From an uncultured Collinsella sp. (GTDB lineage Bacteria > Actinomycetota > Coriobacteriia > Coriobacteriales > Coriobacteriaceae), in NCBI GenBank assembly GCA_905209765.1, contig CAJLUE010000004.1, positions 985 to 64,984 on the forward strand: a stretch of 64,000 nucleotides of DNA, given 5' to 3'. The notes beneath the pieces are model-generated. The model saw nothing but the letters and a program-made list of their open reading frames with translations. It searched no databases and was not told where the DNA came from. How positions within the stretch are numbered: the stretch's first letter is position 1; each line of letters begins with the position of its first letter. Shown here piece by piece: positions 50,839-60,474 of this stretch. Made by a program: the position numbers and the translations under genes.

Positions 50839-52152
50839 CTATTCGGTTTGATTGTTTTCGGCAGCAGGATTATCGCCCGGCTCATCCGCCGGCGTGGCAA
50901 CGGCATCCCAATCGGGCTCCGCAGGCGTCGCCTCGGACGCCGGTGCGGGGACAGGAGCAGGTGCCGGGGCAGGGGCAGGCGCGGGTGCCGGGGCAGGTGC
51001 AGGCGCGGGCGCCGGGGCAGGCGCAGCACCAGTGGCTGCCGTGGGATTGAATCCCGCAGGAGCAGGCTTCTTCTCACCCGGGAGCACAAAAGTCAAAACG
51101 TCGTCCTTGTCCTCATCGGCCCATTCGCTTGCATAACGTGCAGCCCAATAGCCAACGGCACGGTGCTTGAGCATCTTGCCAAAGACCGTAAGGAACACCG
51201 TGACGAATGCAATCAGCACCAGGAACAATACGAGCGTGACACCACCGGCGGTAACAATCGCCTCGATACCCGTGGGGCGATAGTAATAGCCGTACGCGCC
51301 AATTCCGGCGATGGCACCAAAGACAGCTGTCAAGATCCACGTAATGGCGTTGGAAACCAGGCCCGTCAAAAACTCGGGAAGGAACGAAGCACAGAACAGC
51401 TTGGTCTTGTTGTGCTTAAAGGCCGCCCAGACCTTATCGAGCGAAAACGCGCTCTCGACGCGCCCGGTCACCGCAAAGTGCATCACGGCAATGTCGGCGA
51501 ACATCTTAAAGAAGACACCCAGAATCGCCGAGGCAATTAGCGCCAGGACAAGCAGGCCAAGCGAGCCAAACAGCGCAGCCTCGAGCGCATAAGAGCCGTA
51601 ATAAGAATACGAGCCCGCGGCGCCAATTACCACGCCCTCCGCCAGCGAAAGCACTACACCGATAATGGGAATGGCAGCGATAACCTCGAGCACGACCGAA
51701 ATAACGCTCGAAAAGATTCCGAGACCAAACGACGTGGAACGCATCAACGGACGACCCATGCCGTCATCGATCTTAAGCGACAGGTCGCGACCCCACTCGA
51801 TGCCAAAGCCCGAACCGCACACGCTCGCCACGTAGGCAGCCAAAAAGCCGATGGCAGCCGCAATACCGCCGATAACGGGGATGAACAGCACGAGTACCGA
51901 CACGACACAGATAAGCGCCGGCAAAAAGGCAATCTGGCACACGCGCTGCAGCACGCCCGGAGTCTTGGTCATATCCTCAAACGCCTGAGCCGTGCAGCCC
52001 TTGGACGCGTTCGCGACAGGTTGAGGAACAAACTGCTGAGGCTGAGGCTGACCCTGAGGGGCGGAAGCTGCAGCACCGGCATTGGGGGCACCACACACGC
52101 CGCAGAACTTGTCGTTATCGCCCATGGGGGCGCCACACTGCGAACAGAACAT
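50839..52152 (-). CDS. Zinc-ribbon multi-TM membrane protein (DUF4013-like) with a Pro-Ala repeat tail
   Basis: CSQCG...CGVCG, about 6 hydrophobic segments, (AP)n at about 50940-51030. Confidence 0.7.
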   Translation of the reverse strand: MFCSQCGAPMGDNDKFCGVCGAPNAGAAASAPQGQPQPQQFVPQPVANASKGCTAQAFEDMTKTPGVLQRVCQIAFLPALICVVSVLVLFIPVIGGIAAAIGFLAAYVASVCGSGFGIEWGRDLSLKIDDGMGRPLMRSTSFGLGIFSSVISVVLEVIAAIPIIGVVLSLAEGVVIGAAGSYSYYGSYALEAALFGSLGLLVLALIASAILGVFFKMFADIAVMHFAVTGRVESAFSLDKVWAAFKHNKTKLFCASFLPEFLTGLVSNAITWILTAVFGAIAGIGAYGYYYRPTGIEAIVTAGGVTLVLFLVLIAFVTVFLTVFGKMLKHRAVGYWAARYASEWADEDKDDVLTFVLPGEKKPAPAGFNPTAATGAAPAPAPAPAPAPAPAPAPAPAPAPVPAPASEATPAEPDWDAVATPADEPGDNPAAENNQTE

Positions 52153-52302
52153 CGAAATCATCCCTTCGTATCTAGAGCGAATCACCTGGATCGCAAACGG
52201 TGTCTTTGGCATCATTATCGCCCAATGTGAGGACAAATACCCCAAGATGACCGATTTGCAACGCAGGTGGCTTTATTCAATGATTCGAAGGGTACGCCCG
52301 GG

Positions 52303-53325
52303 CTAGTTCGTGCCGCGGAAGCCCTTGCCGACGATTTCGGAGCTATCGACGATGGTGATGAAGGCGCCAGGGTCAATCTCGCGGGTATAGCGGCGCAGTT
52401 GCACTGCCTCGCGACGGCTCAGCACGCTCATGATCACCGTGACGCACTTGCCCGAGAAGGCGCCATAGCCACGGCTAATCGTTGCCGTGCGGTTGAGATG
52501 CTTGACGATAAACTCCTCGACCTTAAGGGGCTCGGAGCAAATGATCGTGCAGACCTTACGCAGGTGAATGCTCTCGATAGCCTTGTCGACCACAAGCGTC
52601 TTGGCAAACAGGCCGAGCACGCAGTACAGACCGACGCGCGGGCCATACAGGAAAGCCGCGATGGTCACGATGCCGATATCGACCAGCAACAGGGCACGGC
52701 CGATCTCGAGCGTCGTGCGGCGCTTGAGGATCATGGCAAGGATGTCGGTGCCGCCCGTCGAGGCGCCAATGTCAAAGACAATGGCACTGCCCAGCGCCGG
52801 CAAGATGACGGCAAAACACAGGTCGAGCCACATATCGCCCGTCATCGAAACATCCGACGGAATGAAGAGCTCAAACAGCGAGACGTAGGCCGAAAGCGCA
52901 AACGAGGCGAAGACGCTCCACAGGATTGCCTTGCGTTCCAAAAAGATAAAGCCCAAGACGACGAGAACCGCGTTGATAATCCACATAAAGACACCGACGG
53001 GCAGGGTCGGGAACAGCGTGGACAGAATGACCGACACGCCCGAGGTGCCGCCGAAGGCAAAGTGATTGGGGGTTTTAAAGGCCACGATGGCGAACGCCGT
53101 GAGGATCAGGCCCAGATTGAGCTCGGCAAAAAAGCGCGGAAAGCCTGGCTCCTGGCTGCGCTTGCGGCCGGCGCGCTCGCCGCGCTCGATATCGGTGCGA
53201 TCGACCACGCGCTCCATCGGCACCACGGGAGGACGATGTAGCTCCTCGGCAGCTCGCGATGCCGCCTCTGCCGCGGCGGCCTCAATCGCCCATGCCTTGC
53301 TTTCTGTTTCGCGCTCGTCAGCCAT
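52303..53325 (-). CDS. YitT family membrane protein with a DUF2179 C-terminus
   Basis: GGTSGVS, GASTGGTDI, G.GAFSG, IDPGAFI...EIVGKGF. Confidence 0.9.
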   Translation of the reverse strand: MADERETESKAWAIEAAAAEAASRAAEELHRPPVVPMERVVDRTDIERGERAGRKRSQEPGFPRFFAELNLGLILTAFAIVAFKTPNHFAFGGTSGVSVILSTLFPTLPVGVFMWIINAVLVVLGFIFLERKAILWSVFASFALSAYVSLFELFIPSDVSMTGDMWLDLCFAVILPALGSAIVFDIGASTGGTDILAMILKRRTTLEIGRALLLVDIGIVTIAAFLYGPRVGLYCVLGLFAKTLVVDKAIESIHLRKVCTIICSEPLKVEEFIVKHLNRTATISRGYGAFSGKCVTVIMSVLSRREAVQLRRYTREIDPGAFITIVDSSEIVGKGFRGTN

Positions 53326-53530
53326 TACGGCAACCCCTCGTTAACAATTTGGAAACAATGCGCCCATTAGGGTAACGCGGAACGCGACGATTGCAACCCC
53401 TAGTTAGACGAGTGGTATGCCTACATCGGGGGCATACAAATAACGGCCGGCCGCACATACATCCGTGCGACCGGCCGTTTGACGTTTTCGCAGATAAAAT
53501 CTGCCAAAATAAACATCCCTTTTTGGTAGG

Positions 53531-54046
53531 TTACTCGTGCTGGTTGGTGCGGTGCTCGTACTCCTCGGGGGTGATAACATCCTCGATGCGCAGGTTGACG
53601 CCTGCCACCTCAAGGCCGGTCATCGCAGCCAGACGCTCGGTCACGCGCGCCTTAACGTCGTCGAAAATCGCGGGCGCATAGGCGCCGTACTCGATAATGA
53701 CGGAAATGTTAACGACCACGCGGTTGTCATCGGTGACCTCGACTGTCACGCCCTTGGTCAGATTCTCGGCACCAAACTGCTCCTGCACAAAGTGCATGAG
53801 GTTGCCCTTCATGCCCAGGACGTGCGGTACCTCGCGGGTGGCCATGGCGACGATCTTCTCGATCACACCGTTGGAATAGGTCAGCGAGTCCTCGGACTCG
53901 TCCGCTTCCTCGTCGTCCTCATCAGCATCGGACTCGGCCTCGACGAGCGCCTCATCCTCGAGCGTCACATCCTCGGCCTCGGCGGTGACGGTCTCGTCTG
54001 CCTCGAGCTCGGTATCGGCTACATCGACCTTCGTATTAAAAGCCAT
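53531..54046 (-). CDS. Asp23/Gls24 family envelope stress protein
   Basis: VIEKIV..A.REV..V, KGV.VE, VIIEYG, MTGLEV..VN..IEDV. Confidence 0.9.
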   Translation of the reverse strand: MAFNTKVDVADTELEADETVTAEAEDVTLEDEALVEAESDADEDDEEADESEDSLTYSNGVIEKIVAMATREVPHVLGMKGNLMHFVQEQFGAENLTKGVTVEVTDDNRVVVNISVIIEYGAYAPAIFDDVKARVTERLAAMTGLEVAGVNLRIEDVITPEEYEHRTNQHE

Positions 54047-54090
54047 GGTTCCTCCTTATGCCTGCCGCGGATGCGACAGTCGAATACATA

Positions 54091-54468
54091 TTAGCGACCG
54101 CTAAACAGACGACCGAAGAAGTTGACGATCCCGTTCTCGCCGTCACGAATCTGGCCAATCACTGCGCCGATCAGCACGAAGAATGCAATGACGAGCGTGT
54201 CCCACAGGCCCAACGTGAGCACCAACACGGCGAGCACAAAACCAGCGACGGCTCCGAGCGTGGTATTGGGATGACGGACGGCATAGCTCCAGATAGCCGC
54301 CCCCGTACCCTTGATGAGACCCATAGCCTCGTCAAAATCCGCGGCTGCTGCGTCTTGCAACTCGGTTGCCTCTGCTTTGGAATCAACAGGTTCGCTCGCC
54401 GGCGTGGCGCTCTGGTCAATCGTCAGGCGCGGCGTACGAGCGGTCTTATCTTGATTGGTATCACTCAC
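54091..54468 (-). CDS. DUF2273 family small membrane protein
   Basis: G...GFVLAVL.LTLGLW.TL.I..FV.IG..IG...D; lies between amaP-like and asp23; GTG 54468 overlaps the upstream stop. Confidence 0.75.
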   Translation of the reverse strand: MSDTNQDKTARTPRLTIDQSATPASEPVDSKAEATELQDAAAADFDEAMGLIKGTGAAIWSYAVRHPNTTLGAVAGFVLAVLVLTLGLWDTLVIAFFVLIGAVIGQIRDGENGIVNFFGRLFSGR

Positions 54469-55006
54469 CGGAAACCTCCACGGTCTGGACGGTAGTCTTG
54501 GACGGCAAAAAACGGACGCGCGTGGTCGTACCCGGCGTGCCGAGCATGGTGTCGCAAGCTTCCTCGATGCGCTGCTGCATCGCGGTAGCCAGAGATGCCA
54601 CGTCCTTATCGTCAAGCGCGATAGCCTCGACCTTAAATCGGACGTGCGAATCGTCGGGGCCTTGGACGCGGGCCTCGACATGCTCGACCATCACGCGGTC
54701 GTCGCGCTCGGCAGCAGCCCTGGCACACGAAGAAAGCGCCGCAAGGGTAACCTCGATATTGCGCTCCCCCGCCGGATGCACGCAGGACGGCTCGCGACGA
54801 GCAAACATCAGGCGGAAAAAGCTTACCAGCACGCCGATCGCCACAACTCCGCCGCATGCCGTCACGACAATGCGCGGCATGGGGTCGCGCATCAGCAGCA
54901 TAAAGCGATACGTATACGGCCCCCAAAACTGGCAGACAAGCGTACCCAGCGCCACGATGGCGGCGGCAAGATACACAATCGCTAGGGCTCGTTTGAGTAC
55001 GCGCAC
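54461..55006 (-). CDS. amaP: Alkaline shock response membrane anchor AmaP-like protein
   Basis: Two N-terminal TM helices plus an Asp23-like domain (IEVT..AL...A, MQQRI); operon context. Confidence 0.7.
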   Translation of the reverse strand: MRVLKRALAIVYLAAAIVALGTLVCQFWGPYTYRFMLLMRDPMPRIVVTACGGVVAIGVLVSFFRLMFARREPSCVHPAGERNIEVTLAALSSCARAAAERDDRVMVEHVEARVQGPDDSHVRFKVEAIALDDKDVASLATAMQQRIEEACDTMLGTPGTTTRVRFLPSKTTVQTVEVSGE

Positions 55007-55172
55007 GCGGCGCTCCCTTCAAATCTCGGCTCTCGAAATGCAAAACGGTTCGCATCATTATAAAAGAGCCGGGTCCGGTGCTCTACGCACGCGGATCCGG
55101 CTCATCTATTCCACGAGGCTTGCATGCTCGCTTCATTATGCCCAGATATGCACGGCTTAACCCGTGCGGGCG

Positions 55173-55979
55173 CTACTCCTCCTCGAGGGCAGCGATGACC
55201 TCGTCGGTCATGTCCATGGTGCTGTAGACGTCCTGGACGTCGTCGAGCTCCTCAAGACGGTCGATGAGGCGCTGAACCTTCTTGGCGTCGGCACCGGAGA
55301 CCTCGGTCGGAGTGGTCGGGACCATGGTGGTCTCGGAGCCCTTGACCTGGACGCCCTGCTCCTCGAGTGCCTTGGAGACAGCCATGACGTCGTTGGCAGC
55401 GGTCCAGACGATCCACTCCTCGCCGGCGTCCTCGTAGTCCTCACCACCGGCCTCGGCGATCGCCATCATGAACTCATCCTCGTCACCGGCAGCACCGTTG
55501 GCGATCATGGTCTCCTTCTTGGCGTTCTCGTCCAGGATCTCCTTGGCGACGACGATCTGGCCCTTGCGCTCAAACTGGAAGGCGACGGAGCCCGAGGTGC
55601 CCAGGTTGCCACCAGCGTGGGAGAAGGCGGAACGGACGTCGGCGGCAGTGCGGTTGCGGTTGTCGGTCAGGCAGTCGACGTAGACGGCAACACCGGCGGG
55701 ACCGTAGCCCTCGTACACGATGTTCTCGTAGACGGCGGCGTCGGCACCCGAACCAAAGGCCTTATCGATAGCGGACTTGATCTTGTCCTTAGGCATGGAC
55801 TGAGCCTTAGCCTTGGCAACGGCAGCGGCGAGGCTGGCGTTGTTCTCGGGCAGCGGGTCGCCGCCGAGACGGGCAGCAACGGTGATGTTGCGGCTGAGCT
55901 TGGAGAAGAGGGCGGAACGCTTGGCGTCCTGCGCGCCCTTACGATGCTTGGTTGTGGCCCACTTAGAGTGTCCGGACAT
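55173..55979 (-). CDS. yebC: YebC/PmpR family protein
   Basis: MSGHSKWA, YEGYGPAGVA, TDNRNRT, LEELDDVQ.VY. Confidence 0.95.
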   Translation of the reverse strand: MSGHSKWATTKHRKGAQDAKRSALFSKLSRNITVAARLGGDPLPENNASLAAAVAKAKAQSMPKDKIKSAIDKAFGSGADAAVYENIVYEGYGPAGVAVYVDCLTDNRNRTAADVRSAFSHAGGNLGTSGSVAFQFERKGQIVVAKEILDENAKKETMIANGAAGDEDEFMMAIAEAGGEDYEDAGEEWIVWTAANDVMAVSKALEEQGVQVKGSETTMVPTTPTEVSGADAKKVQRLIDRLEELDDVQDVYSTMDMTDEVIAALEEE

Positions 55980-56150
55980 ACGTGTCTCCTATCGGTTTCG
56001 ACCTAAAGCCCAGCGCGAATGCTCGGGCAATATAAACAAACGTCGTTATGATATACCTACCGGCCTGCAAGATAAACCCCAAAATGAAGGCGTCGTGATG
56101 ATGCAGCCCCTTGGCACAAAGCAGCCTGACCCCAATGCGCCAATCTTTGG

Positions 56151-58334
56151 TTAGGTCCACAGGCGGTCGCTGCGGGTGATCGTGGCGCCGATGGCGAAAG
56201 GCATGCATGCAATGACCGGGTACAGATAGCGCATGTAGGTCGACCCGTTACATGGACCAATCAGGCACACAGCGAGCACACCCAGTAGCGGTATCCAGAT
56301 GGCCAGCGCGCGCCACGAATGGCGGCGCAACAGGTAGACCACCACGATGATCATGATCCACACGTAGGTGGCCGAGCTCATGGTGAGCGAGATAAACGGA
56401 ATGCGCTGCACCGCCACGCGGTACAGGTTAATCAGGTGGTCGCACCAGCGCACGGCTTTGCTGTCGACCGGATGGAAGTCAAAGTACTTGAGGTTATCGG
56501 GCTTCGCCATGATCTCGGCACTGCGCGCCGTGCTGTAGACCCACGCATCGCGAGCGCTCGGATAGAAGTACCCGTAGTAGTTATTGACGAGCGCCGAGAT
56601 ATAGCACTCGGGGTCCTTTTTGAACATCTGGGCCCACACCTTAAAATAGGCCTTGATGTCCTCCTGCGAGGCGTACTCATTGAAGCAGTTTTTGACGGCA
56701 TCCGATTTGTCGGGGTTGTAGCGACGACCCAGGTTCTCGTACTTAAGCACGCGATCAATCACAGCGTGCTCCTCATCGGTCACCAAGCCGTCGCAGGGAG
56801 CTTCCTCAATCGTGCCATCGTCTTTGACCTTGGGGTTAACGCCCGAATTAAGGCCGTCGTGCTTTTGGACGAAGCGCGCCGTCTGCTGAAACGGAATCGA
56901 GAGGATCTCGCGCTTGGAGCCCGGCGTGATATCGTGCGCCGGCATAAAGACCTTGGTGAAATACATGTTGGAGACAAGGCAGAGCGCAAGCACTGCGAGC
57001 ACGCCGACCCAGCGGAAGCGTGGCGTGGCGTACGAGGGCGTGACGCCAGACTGTTTGGCCACGCGACGGGCCACATGCGCGTCCCAAGCGCAAAACGCCG
57101 CCGCAATCACGCAGGCCGCCAACGGAAAGACCAGGCCGCCATTGCGCAAAAACGTGGAACCCATGGCACCCAGCACGAGCAACAGCCAGTCGTGGCGTGC
57201 AAAGAGCACAGGCGCCTGTTCGCCCGCGCGCTTGGCATTGGCATCGCGACGGGGCAGGCCACATGCCACGAGCTTGACGGTCTGAACGAGCAGCACCAAA
57301 AACGCATCGGCAAACAGCACGTCTTTGGTCAGCAGCGCCGCATAGTTGGAGAACATCGGCATAAACGCAAAGAACAGCAAGGTGACGCCACGGACCGGCA
57401 GGCTCACGCCCAGCTTGCGCAGCGACGATATGGAATAGGCCATGCAGGCGGCCGTGATGACAAATTGGGCACAGGTGTAGATGGCAAGGCCCGCATTGGC
57501 GCTATTGAACAGCGAAAGCCCCAGTTGCACGCACGAGCCGATGATGGCCGTGTGCACCACCGGATGATGGCCGTTGAGCAGCACGTTGGGGTTAAGCAGG
57601 CGCAGGTAATCGCTCGTGCCGTTGGGGTAGTTGAACCATTGGCGGATCTGCGCGCCCGTATCTCCCATAAAGAGGCCGGGCAGCGAGGCGATAAGCGTGG
57701 GCGCCCAGGCAATCATGAGCACAAGAAACGGCCCGACAAAGGGATGGACCGAGAGCACGGCGTGGGCAACACGCCACACGCGGCCAAAGTGGGTCTCCGA
57801 AAACGGAATGCGGCGGGAGCTCAACCAATCCAAAAACTCAAAAGCCAGATAGAAGGCCACAATCGCCAGAAGCATCCAGCCCGCGCCGCCAATCCAGGCG
57901 CAGATAACGCGTGCCTTGTCGCCCAGCACAATCTCTGCCGAATCGGTAAGGTCGTAGCTACGGCCGAACACCATGCAAACGGCAAAGAACAGCGATGGCA
58001 GCACGACCGACGGGCGCCAAGCGTCACCGCGGCCAAAGAATACGTAGCGAAACGGCAGCGTAAGCAGGCAGGCAAGCGCAAGCAGCATGACCGCGTCGGT
58101 ATGGCCGGCAAACGAGAGGAGCACCTCGTAGCACACGTACAGCATGCCCGAGGCTTTGGGGTCAATTGCCAAGACTGCGTTGCTCGACACCGGGGCGGGA
58201 TCGATGGAAAACGCCGTGGTCGCCAACAGCGCGAGCAAAAATGCGATGAGCGTCTGCTTGGCGGGATAGCGCTTAAACCAAACGATGCGGGCGGCGTCGC
58301 GCGCAGCCGTTGCGGAGAGGTCGGAATCCTTCAC
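56151..58334 (-). CDS. Large polytopic membrane protein, DUF6020-like (possible GT-C glycosyltransferase)
   Basis: PG....D...Q, HHPV.HT, KD, RNG, PFQQ.AR, RY.YP; many TM segments. Confidence 0.7.
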   Translation of the reverse strand: MKDSDLSATAARDAARIVWFKRYPAKQTLIAFLLALLATTAFSIDPAPVSSNAVLAIDPKASGMLYVCYEVLLSFAGHTDAVMLLALACLLTLPFRYVFFGRGDAWRPSVVLPSLFFAVCMVFGRSYDLTDSAEIVLGDKARVICAWIGGAGWMLLAIVAFYLAFEFLDWLSSRRIPFSETHFGRVWRVAHAVLSVHPFVGPFLVLMIAWAPTLIASLPGLFMGDTGAQIRQWFNYPNGTSDYLRLLNPNVLLNGHHPVVHTAIIGSCVQLGLSLFNSANAGLAIYTCAQFVITAACMAYSISSLRKLGVSLPVRGVTLLFFAFMPMFSNYAALLTKDVLFADAFLVLLVQTVKLVACGLPRRDANAKRAGEQAPVLFARHDWLLLVLGAMGSTFLRNGGLVFPLAACVIAAAFCAWDAHVARRVAKQSGVTPSYATPRFRWVGVLAVLALCLVSNMYFTKVFMPAHDITPGSKREILSIPFQQTARFVQKHDGLNSGVNPKVKDDGTIEEAPCDGLVTDEEHAVIDRVLKYENLGRRYNPDKSDAVKNCFNEYASQEDIKAYFKVWAQMFKKDPECYISALVNNYYGYFYPSARDAWVYSTARSAEIMAKPDNLKYFDFHPVDSKAVRWCDHLINLYRVAVQRIPFISLTMSSATYVWIMIIVVVYLLRRHSWRALAIWIPLLGVLAVCLIGPCNGSTYMRYLYPVIACMPFAIGATITRSDRLWT

Positions 58335-58480
58335 AGTCCGAATAGCCTTTCTAGAAACCTGCCAAAAAGGGACAGGTTTATTTTGGCAGGTTTTATCTGG
58401 GGAAACGTTACGGTTCTGTCATCGTTGCCCGGCAAAACCACCACAAAGGTGCCTGTCCCCCTTGTGGTGACATGTGGTGG

Positions 58481-59302
58481 CTAGGCGTCGAGGTAGATGC
58501 GCTGGGGGCGATTGCGGTGTCGGGCGAAGATGATGAGCGCCAGTCCTGCGATTACGAGCGGCAGGCTCAGCAGCTGACCCATGGTGATGACGCCGCCCAG
58601 CAGATAGCCCAGCTGGGCATCGGGCACGCGCACAAACTCAACGAGGAAGCGGACGATGCCGTAACCCATCACAAACACGCCCATAAACGTACCCTGGGGC
58701 AGCAGCGGTTTTTTGCGGCTGAACACCTGCAGAATGCAGAAGAGCACAATGCCCTCGAGAAATGCCTCGTAGAGCTGGGAGGGGTGACGTGGCATATCGC
58801 CCGCGGCGCCGCCGAAGATCACACCCCAGGGCAGATCGGTCGGCTTGCCCCACAGCTCGCCGTTGACAAAGTTGGCGCAGCGCCCCAGGCACAGGGCCAG
58901 CGGAGCACCGATAACGGCAAGGTCGGCGATAGTCCAGGCATCGAGCTTGTACATACGGCACACGAGCACGCCACCGATGATGCCGCCCACCAGGCCGCCG
59001 TGGAAACTCATGCCGCCTTCGTTGGTGGCGAAGATCTCGAGCGGATGCGCCCAGTAGTAGCCATCACCGTAAAAGATGACGTAGAACAGGCGGGCGCCAA
59101 TGATAAGGCCAAAGACCACACCGACCACGACGCTCGTCAGGTCGTCGACCGTAATGTCGAAACCCCAGCGACGCTGCGTGCGATACATGACGACCGCCGT
59201 GAGCAGAGCGCCGACCACGTAGGCCAAGCCGTACCAGTAGATGGTGATGGGCCCCGCCGAAATCGCGACGGGATCAAGCATATGGTAGAGGTCGTTGAGC
59301 AT
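58481..59302 (-). CDS. lgt: Prolipoprotein diacylglyceryl transferase
   Basis: WYGLAY, GARL.YV, GGMSFHGG, GR.ANF.NGELWG, HPSQLYE, RFLVEF.R.PD, MGQ.LS. Confidence 0.97.
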   Translation of the reverse strand: MLNDLYHMLDPVAISAGPITIYWYGLAYVVGALLTAVVMYRTQRRWGFDITVDDLTSVVVGVVFGLIIGARLFYVIFYGDGYYWAHPLEIFATNEGGMSFHGGLVGGIIGGVLVCRMYKLDAWTIADLAVIGAPLALCLGRCANFVNGELWGKPTDLPWGVIFGGAAGDMPRHPSQLYEAFLEGIVLFCILQVFSRKKPLLPQGTFMGVFVMGYGIVRFLVEFVRVPDAQLGYLLGGVITMGQLLSLPLVIAGLALIIFARHRNRPQRIYLDA

Positions 59303-59411
59303 ATCGGTCCCCTTGCTCCCTACATACAAATGCGGCCGCGGGCCTTGCGCTCGCAGCCGCATATTTGGGCGTGACGTCTATGCGGAGCACATCGCCCGCA
59401 GCTTTCGCATC

Positions 59412-59690
59412 TTAGAACGGCGCATACTCGTCGTACAGATCCTCGGCCTCGCCGGAGGCGTTGACCTGCTCGACACGCGTAACGCCGGGCACATGCTCCT
59501 TGAGGATACGCTCGATACCCATGGACAGGGTCAGTGCGCTCATAGGGCAGCCGGCGCAGGCACCCTGAAGCTCAAGCTGGACGACGCCCTCGTCGTCGAC
59601 GCCCACATACTCCATATCGCCGCCGTCAGCCTGCAGGTTGGGGCGGATCTCCTCAAGAACCTTCTTAAGCAGCTCTTCGTTAACAGCCAC
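59412..59690 (-). CDS. NifU/NfuA C-terminal domain Fe-S carrier protein
   Basis: IRPNLQADGGD, LQGACAGCPMS..TL..GIE. Confidence 0.92.
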   Translation of the reverse strand: MAVNEELLKKVLEEIRPNLQADGGDMEYVGVDDEGVVQLELQGACAGCPMSALTLSMGIERILKEHVPGVTRVEQVNASGEAEDLYDEYAPF

Positions 59691-59866
59691 AGGGGCTCCT
59701 TTCTCACAATAACGCGGGCGCGCCCGCGGACAGAGCTATGTTACTACAGCCATGTACCCGCTCACGAGCCGTCCATGCGCGCGGACACGACTTTCACGAG
59801 CAGTCAATTTGGGACGGGGCTTTTTTAGCTGCTTTTGCCGACGCCCGGCGCTAGCACACGCTGCCG

Positions 59867-60391
59867 CTACTGCTGAGTTTGTTCCCCGGTGCCGATGTGG
59901 ACATCGACGATGACCTGGCGGTAGCTGATGCCGCAGGAGTCGAGAATGCGGCGACTGATGCGGCCGTCGTCGGTGTCGGCGTACTTATTGTCCAGGTAGA
60001 CAACCTCGCCCACGCCCACCTGCGCCAGGATCTTGGCGCAGTCATGGCACGGGAACAGCGTGACGTAGACCGTGGAACCCTCAAGGTCTTTGAGCGAGCC
60101 GCGGTAGTTGAGCACGGCGTTGGCCTCGGCATGGACTACGTAGTTATGCTTGTCCTGCAGTGGGTCGTCGCTCGTTCCCCACGGGAAAAAGTCATCGTTG
60201 AGTGCCGAGGGCGTACCGTTGTAGCCCACCGAAAGGATGCGGTGGTTGGTGCTGGCGATGCACGCGCCCACCTGCGTATTGGGGTCCTTGCTGCGGCGCT
60301 GCGCGGCGATGGCCACGCTCATAAAGAACTCGTCCCAGCTAATAACGTCGCGGCGCTTGCCCGACGCGGTTTGATGAAGATCGTCCGACAT
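59867..60391 (-). CDS. dCMP deaminase family protein
   Basis: SWDEFFM, RSKDPNTQVGA, GYNG, HAEANA, PCHDC. Confidence 0.93.
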   Translation of the reverse strand: MSDDLHQTASGKRRDVISWDEFFMSVAIAAQRRSKDPNTQVGACIASTNHRILSVGYNGTPSALNDDFFPWGTSDDPLQDKHNYVVHAEANAVLNYRGSLKDLEGSTVYVTLFPCHDCAKILAQVGVGEVVYLDNKYADTDDGRISRRILDSCGISYRQVIVDVHIGTGEQTQQ

Positions 60392-60474
60392 GGCAGACAC
60401 CTCCGAAATCGCAATAGTTTGACACATTGTAGCAGGTGAAAGGTGGAGACGTTTTTGTCCCACCGCCCCCATCG

